Positions 53,619 to 64,000 of a stretch of DNA of 64,000 bases are shown here, piece by piece. Within the stretch, counting starts at the first letter, position 1, and each line of letters opens with the position of its first letter. Below the pieces are notes generated by a model. It was not told where the DNA came from and made no database searches. It was given only the letters and a program-made list of their open reading frames with translations. The stretch is from the human T2T-CHM13v2.0 reference genome, Homo sapiens, in NCBI RefSeq assembly GCF_009914755.1, contig NC_060933.1; one strand, 5' to 3'. The position numbers and the translations under genes are program-made.

Positions 53619-56600
53619 AAGAAACAGGCAGCGGGAGATTTGAAACACAAAGAGGAGAAGGCCAAGAGAAGATGAAGGCAGAGACTGGAGTGAAGCAGCC
53701 ACTAGGCACGCCAACGGCCTCCAGGAGCTGGAAGAGGCAAGGAACACGTGGTCCCCTAGAGGCCTCGGAGGGAGAGCAGCCCTGCCAACACCTTGATTCA
53801 TACTTCTGGCATACAGAACCGTGAGAAAATACATTTCTGCTGTTTTAAGCCACCCAGTTTGTGGCAAGTTGTTACATCAGGAAATTAATAGACCCTATCT
53901 TTCAAAGTTTCCACTCTGTCTCCATGGAGCAGGCAGACCTTATGTGGGCACACAAGCAAGCCTTGCCTACCCCCACCCAGTGCCCACTGGTTTCTTTTGC
54001 CTCTGTTATGCCATCCTTTGTCGGCTCTTGGGCTTCTGCTGGGTGGCAAGTCATGTGACCGTGCCTCCTGCCCCCATGCCATCAGCACCCACCGGCAAGA
54101 GCACAGTGAGTCACAGCAGAGGCCCTGTCCCCTGATGTCCCTAAAACCACCGAGACTTCATGTTATACAGCTATATGCCGCTGCTAATAATGCTGCAACT
54201 CTCAGTCTCCATCATAGCTCCTGATGCTACCACCTAATGAATATGCTGGTGCCACCTGCCGTGGAGGAGCTTCAGGAAAATCCCGCACTGGGCTCTGAAA
54301 CAGCTGGCACCAGTCTTGCCAGGATTTTTTCTCCTTATGGACACAGGGAGAGCTAAACAATCCAAGGTAACCCCCCTTCCCTCCAAGGTATCTGCAAGTC
54401 TGCATTAAAAGAAAGGAGACACTGCCCACTAAACCCCACACCTAGACCTCGTTTGCTTTCATAGGGTGTTGTTTGCGCTTCTGAAATATTTGTTGCCATA
54501 AATAGATTAAAGAGAAAATTGTCTCTATGTCCCAAATAAAGCAAAAATAAATATAATTGAATTTCACTTTGGGTGCACAATTTCTGTACCAAAGCAAATT
54601 ATGATAAGGGTCAGAAGAAGTCCCTCTCTTTGCCAGAGGGGCAGCTTTGGCCAAGAGAGTTTCAATGGTGAGGACAATCCCTCTGTCTTGATCCATACCC
54701 ATCAGCTCTGAGGCCCAAGACCATTCAAACAATGGAAGACACCCGCTGTCAAGCAGGCTCCATCAAAATATTGCTTAAGCATTACATTTAGTAGTGAATA
54801 AAACCTGGATGAAACTCTTTACCAAGCTCTGTCTCCTGTGGCCCAAAGTTATTATCCCATCAACATTAAGAAAAGCAAAATGGTCAGGCCCAGAGAAAGG
54901 TGGTATTTCTAAGTTGAGCAGTGCCTGAAAAGATGCTCCAGCTGATGACCCTGCCTCTACCCACTGACATCAGCCACTCAGCCAAGACCCTTTCAGAGAT
55001 AGCCAGAGCCCTGTGCTGTCCCCTGCCAGGCAGGAGAACCCTCTCTCCCACTTTCATGACAAATTCATGACACCGGTGCTAAAGCTGTATGACCCTGGAC
55101 TCAGCATCCTAGAATGACTTTAAATTTAAAAAAAAAAAAAGAACGATTTTTACACACAGCAACCTTTCTTCTCAATACAAAGACATGAGTTCCTAAGAGC
55201 TGAAGCACAGGAGAAATACAGGGAGAGGCAGGGTCAGAGTTGCACCTGCCCTTGAGACCTGGGACTTTGCTATTGGATCAAGTTCATATGCCTAACTCCC
55301 TCCCACAGGATGAATTTTTTATAAGAGGCTCCATGGTGGGTGACAAAAATAAGATTCCTGTTGGCACACCCCACCAGCATTCTTTCCAGGTTTGAATCTA
55401 GTGGGGCCAAGTTGAAGTTGAGTCACTTGCTACGCAAGTTCTGAACAGTCCCATATGGCCTCTACATGAAAATAGGAAACTCATCCTCGATTCTGAGAGC
55501 CCCGTTCTTCTAACTGAAGGTAATGAGAGGTTGTATTTATTAAGCACCTATGACACACCACCTGTGTCATAGACATTACCTCATTTTGTCATTCCCAGCC
55601 CTAGAGGATGGGTTTTATTATTCCTGTTTCACCCAATTCTGCTGTGACCTATCTGCCTATTGGGGACAAGATCGTAGGCAGCCTGAAACAGAACAGGAAA
55701 AATATTATGACCAATAGTCATTAGCTGCTATAACAAGTCCTGGGCAGGGTGTGTCACAGGCTAGAAGTTTTTATTCTTTCTCAACACATGAAGCCCACAA
55801 ATTAAAGGGCACCCAGTCCTGACCATAACGTCAGCATCCGCTTCCCTGTACCATTTTCTTTAATAACCAAGCTATTTGTCCTGAGGAGAGAACTCTTTGA
55901 ATCCAACACAAAACCTGAGACTAGCACGTTCTATGAGCATTAAGGACTCAGCAGCCGGGTGACTGATGGGGTGAGGAGTAGGGATGGGGGATGGTAAGCG
56001 ACAAGTCATTGATGTTGAAAGTTTAGCAGGGCTTTGCAGCAAGAACTCAACTGAAATAATACTCACGGTCCTGGGTATTTGTTTAAGTCTGATGCAATTC
56101 CAGTAAGGATGCAGAAAGTCAGAAGTGACTATCATTCCCACAGTAACAACACGACAAAGTCAAGTAAGCTGCAAGATCATAGCTTTAAAAAAAACCTATC
56201 AGAGAAGTGATGGCATAAAGAAACCCAAGCAAACTTAATTCCAGAAAGTGGCAAACTTCCCAGGAGAGAAGAGAAAGATTCACCATAGTTAGGGAAAAGA
56301 GAAAGCAGCTGAACCTTCAATAAACTGTTAATACCTGGGTGTAGGTTGCAGTGATGGATCAGAATTCCAGAGTAAGTCTGCCCCCATCAACCCACTCATT
56401 CCCACAGGCCTTCCCCAAGTGTATCAGGATATACCAAGGGCTTGGGCAGGGCAGGAGAGCTGAGAAAGATTCCCTTGAGGTACATAAATACTTCCCCTGG
56501 AAAAAGGTGGGAGCCTACTATGCCTAAGGGTAGGGCCAGGAGAACCGAGGAAAATCCTTTTGAGATACTCCAGGACTTCACAGAATGCTCAGCAATGACC

Positions 56601-57035
56601 TTCAAAAACCGGGCAAGCAAAAGAACTGAGAGAATTCTCCACCAGGCCCGCCAGGCCCTCCAGGCCTTTACAAAGTGCATTCCAGTGGGCATTTGAAGAC
56701 TGGGGTCAGGACAGCAGGATGGAGATAGATCTCTCAAGGAGCAGAAACCAGCGGCAGAAGAGAAGAAGGAATACATATTAAAGGTAATGAAAAGGAAAAT
56801 TTTACATACATATACATAGACATCTTTGTGTCTTTGAAAGACTAAGGCAGAAATAATAATGTATTATGGGATTTATAGCATAATTAAAAGTAAAGTATAT
56901 GATAAAAGTACAAAGATTGAAAAGGGGAAGATTGCATTATATTGTTGTCAAGTTCCTATGTTGTTTATGAAGAGGTATAATATTATTTGAAGGTGGTTTG
57001 CTATAAAGTAAAAGTGAATACTGTAATCTTCAAAG

Positions 57036-57242
57036 GAGTATTTCTCAATCAGGGGCACTTTTGCCCTCCAGGGGACATTTGGCAATGTCTGGATATTTTT
57101 GCTTGTTACAACTGGGGAGAGGAGGTGCTACTGTCATCTAGTGAGGAGAGACCAGGGATGAAGCTAAATATTGTACCATGCACATCACCGCCCCCCATGG
57201 CAAAGAATTACATAGCAATAGTGCCAAGATTGAAAAATTCTT
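57036..57242 (+). mobile_element. MER20 (hAT-Charlie)
   Basis: tttctcaatcaggggcacttttgccctccaggggacatttggcaatgtctgga...gcaatagtgccaagattgaaaa. Confidence 0.92.
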
Positions 57243-57649
57243 CTCTAGAGAAACCACTAAAAAAACACAAGGACATATAGGGCAAAAGATGATACAGGCA
57301 ATAAAATGGAACGCTTAAAAATACTCAGTTCACCCAGAAGAAAGCAGGAAAGAAAAAACAAAGGGACAAATAAAAAATAACTGCCAAGATTGTGGATTTC
57401 AACTAACCATATCAATGATTGCATTAAATGTACATAGATGAAACACACCAATTAAAACGCAAAGATAATCAGACTAGATTTAAAAAGCCCAATTATATGC
57501 TGTTTTTGAGAAATATGCTTTTAAATATACTAACACAGACAGGTTGAAAGTAAAGTTGAAAAAAAGACAAACTTTGCAAACATTACACATAGGAAAGCTG
57601 GTGTGACCACATCAATCACAAAAACATAAACATGAAAAATACTATCAAA

Positions 57650-57786
57650 ACTACCAGGTCCAATGTTCACTATTTGGTACACTAGTGAACATTAGAAGCC
57701 CAATCCCCACCAGCATGCAATATAAACATGTAACAAACATGCACATGAACCCCTTGAATCTAAAATAAAATAAATTTTTAAAAAAT
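57650..57786 (+). mobile_element. 5'-truncated L1PB-like 3' end
   Basis: caatgttcactatttgg...gaagcccaatccccaccagcatgcaatata...gaatctaaaataaaa; TSD aaatactatcaaa / aagtactatcaaa. Confidence 0.85.
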
Positions 57787-60559
57787 AAGTACTATCAAAT
57801 ACTAAAAGAACATTTCATGACCATCAGAGTTAATTCATCAAGGATACACAATTCCAAATATGCATGTACCTAGGTGCACAACTTAAATTACATAAATGAA
57901 AAATTTACAGAACTAAAGGGGGAAATAGACAAATCCACAATCACAGCTGGAGATTTTAACATTCTTCTCTCCATAAGTCATGTAAGCTGTAGATAAAAAT
58001 TAATAAAGACATAGAAGATTTGAGCAACACTACCAAACAAATACTTACAGAACACTGTATGTCACGTTGCCGAATATACCTTGTTTTTAAGTGCATATGG
58101 ACCACTCACCAGACTTGACCATGTGCTGGGCCATGAAATAAGCCTCAATGAATTGCAAAGAATTGAAATCATACAGAGGATGTTCTCTGGCCACAGTGGA
58201 ATTAACTAAAAAATCAGTAACAACAAGCTATCTAGAAAATTCCCCCAAAATATTTGGAAACTAAGCAATACATTCTAAATATCTCTTAAGTTTAAAAAGG
58301 AGTCATACAAAATATTTTAAACTAAATGATAATGAAAACATGACATAAATGTGTGGGATGCAGCATATAATATTTTTTCTAATACTATTCTTATATTAGA
58401 AAAAAAGATAAAGTGAAAATCAGTAATCTACTCTTGCATATTAAGAAGCTAGAGCCCCTCAGTCAGGTCTCGTCCTGGATGCTGGGTCTGATTGGAGCTC
58501 ACTGAGAAAGGTTATGGGGACCCAGCCATGGAATATGAAGAGCAGTAAGCCGGAGGCAGGCAGGGCATTTGTGAGCACATCCAAGAGGAAAAGCTATAAA
58601 GAAGTATACTTGGGGTGGAGGAGGCAGAGCAAGATGGCCAAATAGAAGCCTTCACCAATCATCCTCCCCACAGGAACACCAAGCCAAACAATTATCCACA
58701 CAAAAACAAGTTCCTAAGAACCAAAAGTCAAGTGAGTGGTCACAGTACCCGGTTTTAACTTCATATCACTGAAAAAGGAACTGATGAGGCCCTTGAATTG
58801 CCAACATCACCCCTCCTCCATCCCCCATCAGGGGCCATGTGTTGCAGAGACAGAATCTTTGCACTTGTGGGAGGGAAAGCACAGTGATTGCTGGACTTTG
58901 CATTGGAACTTAGTGCTGTCCTGTCACAGAAAGCAACACCAGGCAGAACTCAGCTGGCGCCCAAAGAGGAAGCATTTAGACCAGCCCTAGCAAGAGGGGA
59001 ACTGCCCATCACAGCAGTCAGAACCTGAGTTCCAACAGGGAACTCAGTGGGCTAAAGTGCCCTGGCATCCTAAATAAACTTGAAAGGCACTCTAGACCAC
59101 AAGGACTGCAATTCTTGGACAAATCATGGTGCTGTGCTGGGCTCAGAGCCAGTGGACTTGGAGGGCACACAGCCTAGTGAGACAGCAGCTGGGGCAGCCA
59201 AGGGAGTGCTTGTGCTACCCTTCCCCCAACCCAGATAGTGTACCTCACAGCTCCGAGACAGATTTCTTCTTTCCACTTGAGGGGAGGAGAGGGAAGAGGA
59301 AAGAGGACTTTGTCTTGCCACTTGGAAACCAGCTCAGTCACAATAAAACAGGGTACCAGGCAGAGTCCTGAGGCCCCCACTTCAGGCCCTAGCTCCCAGA
59401 TGTCATTTCTAGATAAACCCTGGGCCACAAAGGAACCTGCCCTCTTGAATGGAAGGACCTAGTCCTGGCAGGATGTATCACCTGCTGCCTAAAAGGCCCT
59501 TGCACCTTGAATAATCAGCAGTGATACCCAGGCAGCAATCACCATGAACCTTGGGTGAGAATCTGAGACATGCTGGTTTAGATGTAACCCAGCCCATTAT
59601 CAGCTATAGCAACTACAAAAAGAGACTCCTTCTGCTTCAGAAAAGCAAACAGAAAAGTAAAGGGAACTTTGTCTTGCAGCTTAGGTACCAGCTCTGCCTC
59701 AGTGGGGTGGAGAACTAAGTGGATTCTTAGGGTCCCCAATTCTAGGCCTTGACTCTTAGACAGTATTTCTGGACCTGTCCTGGGCCAGAGGGGATCCTAC
59801 TGCCCTGAAAGGAGAGTCAGGAGAGTCACAGGTGTGGCAGCATTCACCAGAGCTGACTGAAGAGTTTTGGGCCTTGAGTGAACATCAGTGGTAGCCAGGG
59901 AGTACTCCCCACAGGCCTGGGGCAGTGGTGGCCATGGAGAGAGATTCCTATGTTTATCGAAAGGGGAGAGAAGAATGGGCAGGACTTGGTCTTCAGACGT
60001 GAGTGCCAGCTCAGCCACAGTAGAATAAAGCACCAGATAGATTCCTAAGGTTTCCAACTCCAGGCCCTGGCTCCTGGACGGCATCTCTGGACCTGCCCAG
60101 GGCCAGGGGAAACTGGCCACCCTGAAAGAAAGGATACAAGCCTGGCTGGCTTGGCCACCTGCTCAGTGCAGAGCTCTAGGGCCTTGAGTGAACATAGGCA
60201 GTAGTTAGGCACTGATTACCATGACCCTTGGGTGAGGCTCAATACTGGCAGGGTAGAAACAAGCCCAGAATGCAAAAACTACAGTGAATACCTAACTTTT
60301 CAATGCCCCAGACACTGACAAACATCCACAAGCATCAGGATCATTTCGGAAAACATAAGCTCACCAAACAAACTAAATAAGGCACCAGGGATAAATCCTG
60401 GGAGACAGAGATATGTGACCTTTCAGACAGAGAATTCAAAATAGCTGTTGTGAGGAAACTTAACAAAATTCAATGTAACACAGAAAAGGAATTCAGAATC
60501 TTATCAGATAAAATTTTTGAAGAGATTGAAATAATTAACAGTTAATCAAGCAGAAATTA

Positions 60560-60838
<279 letters not shown>

Positions 60839-60952
60839 GAAAAATGTTATTGACATACCAAAGAATACATCAGAGTGTCTTACCAGCAGAACTGATCAAA
60901 CAGAAGAAATAATTTGTGAGCTCAAAGATAGGCTATTTGAAAATACACAGTT

Positions 60953-61270
<318 letters not shown>

Positions 61271-61391
61271 GAAAATACACAGTCAGAGGAGACAAAAGAA
61301 AAATAAAAAAGAAGAAAGCATACTTACAGGATCTAGAAAATAGCTCTAAAAAGGCAAGTCTAAGAGTTACTGCCCTTTAAAAGGAGGTAGA

Positions 61392-61757
<366 letters not shown>

Positions 61758-63357
61758 TCAAGCACAAGAACATTATAGAACATCAGGCAGATTTAACCCA
61801 AATAAGACTACCTCAAGATAGTTAAAACTCCCAGAGGACAATGATAAAGAAAGGATTTTAAAACTACAAGAGAAAGAAACAAATAGCATACAATGAAGCT
61901 CCAATACATCTGGCAGCAGAGTTCTCAGTGGAAACCTTATAGGCCAGAAGAGAGTGGCATGACGTATTTAAAGTGCTAAAGGCAAAACAAACAAACAAAA
62001 ACAAACCTTATATCCTAGAATATTATATCCAGTGAAAATATCCTTCAGAAAGAGTTTTCCAGACAAACAGAAGCTGAGGGATTTTATCAGTACCAGAACA
62101 TTTCTACAAGAAATGCTAAAGAGAGTTCTTCAACCTGAAAGAAAAGGATATCAATGAGAAATATCATCCAAAGGTGCAAAACTTAGTGGTAATTATGGGG
62201 TTGAGTAGAAATCTTGATATCTATCTTGAGTAGAAAGATTAAAAGATGAACTAATCAAAAATAATAACTACAACAACTTTTCAAGACATAGCTAGTATAA
62301 TAAGATATAAATAAAAACAACAAAAAGTTTAAAAGTTGGGGGATGAAGTTAAATGTAAAGTTTTTATTAGTTTTCTCTTTGCTTGTTGGTTTATTTAATC
62401 AGTGTTAAGTTGTCATCAGCTTACAATAATGAGTTATAAGATATTATTTGCAAGCCTCATGGTAACCTCAAATCAAAAAACATACAACAGATACACACAA
62501 AACAAAAAGCAAAATATTAAAACATATCACCAGAGAAAATCACCTTCACTAAAAGGAAGACAGGAAGGAAAGAAAGAAGGAAGAGACGACCACAAAGCAA
62601 TCAGAAAACAAATAACAAAATGGCAGAATAAGTTCTTACATATCAATAATAACATTGAATATAAATGGACTAAACTCTTCAATCAAAAGACAGTGGCTGA
62701 ATGAATAAAAAAGCAAGACCCAATAATCTGTTGCCTACAAGAACCACACTTCACCTATATATACACACACACAGACTGAAAATAAAGAGATGGAAAAAGA
62801 TATTCCATGCAAATGGAACCCAAAAAACAGGAGTAGCTATACTTATATCAGACAAAATATATTTCAAGATTAAAAACTCTAAAAAGAGACATAGTCATTG
62901 TATAATGATAAAGGGGTCAATTCAGCAAGAAGATATAACAATTGTAAATATATATACATGCACTACTGGAACACCAAGATATATAAAGAAAATATTATTA
63001 GAGTTAACAAGAGATAGAACCCAGTACAATAATAGCTGGAAACTTCAGCACCCCACTTTCAGCATTGGACAGATCATCCAGACAGATAATCAACAAAGAA
63101 ACATCAGACTTAATCTGCATTACAGACCAAATGGACCTAATATTTACAGACCATTTGATCCCAGCCACAGAATACACATTCTTCTCCTCAGCACATAGAT
63201 TATTCTCAAGAATAGAACATAAGTTAGGCCACAAAATAAGTCTTAAAACATTCAGAATAATTGAAATCATATAAAGTATCTGCTGTGATCACAATGGAAT
63301 ATAATGAGAAATCAAAAATAAGGAATTTGGGAAACTATAGAAACACTTAGAAATTAG

Positions 63358-64000
<643 letters not shown>

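Larger units (their letters stand above)
52893..53892 (+). mobile_element. MLT1C-like MaLR LTR split by Alu and L1
   Basis: tggtggcctccaaaaagatgtgtccatg...gatcatcctgcattatctgggtgggccc...gccctgccaacaccttgattc...ttttaagccacccagtttgtgg. Confidence 0.9.
56095..58454 (+). mobile_element. Ancient L1M: probable 5'UTR remnant, inter-ORF region and ORF2 endonuclease region
   Basis: gaaatagacaaatccacaatcacagctggagattttaac (GDFN), gaccatgtgctgggccat, tctctggccacagtggaatt; the 5' part (56095-56770) is less certain. Confidence 0.75.

Noticed and set aside
54249-54262. CTCF-like motif (reverse ACGGCAGGTGGCAC)
   Set aside because: Mismatch at a conserved core position and no independent evidence
59280-60240. 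Three degenerate repeats of about 340 bp
   Set aside because: Interpreted as the normal monomer structure of the L1MA-type 5'UTR, not a new tandem element

Overview
Human genomic DNA. The species call rests on an apparently undiverged AluYa5 at 63358. The window is intronic or intergenic, and I recognise no cellular protein-coding exon, RNA gene, CpG island or CRISPR array. Much of it is interspersed repeat: MIR, L2, CR1/L3, hAT and TcMar DNA-transposon fossils, MaLR/ERVL LTRs, about 16 Alus, and L1s from L1ME to L1PA. Most ORFs in the supplied track are incidental frames. The real homologies are broken L1 ORF1/ORF2 and an intact L1 ORF0. I do not see a convincing new gene system. The most unusual signals are mechanistic scars. 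(1) One L1-endonuclease target appears to have been used three times (Alu + L1PA8 + Alu separated by four copies of the same TSD, 25740-26446), with two more apparent same-site re-insertions at 53067 and 63349; in each case the youngest element is upstream. (2) A 7-kb composite L1 has two 5'UTR/ORF1 heads inside a single TSD and an open ORF0. (3) A 43-bp insertion in a MIR carries a fold-back and a copy of sequence 1.06 kb away. (4) An unexplained mRNA-like 150 bp sits between two L1s. (5) Several RFX X-box-containing candidate enhancers lie in unique DNA. Repeat subfamily names come from remembered consensus sequences compared by eye, and boundaries of old repeats are approximate.
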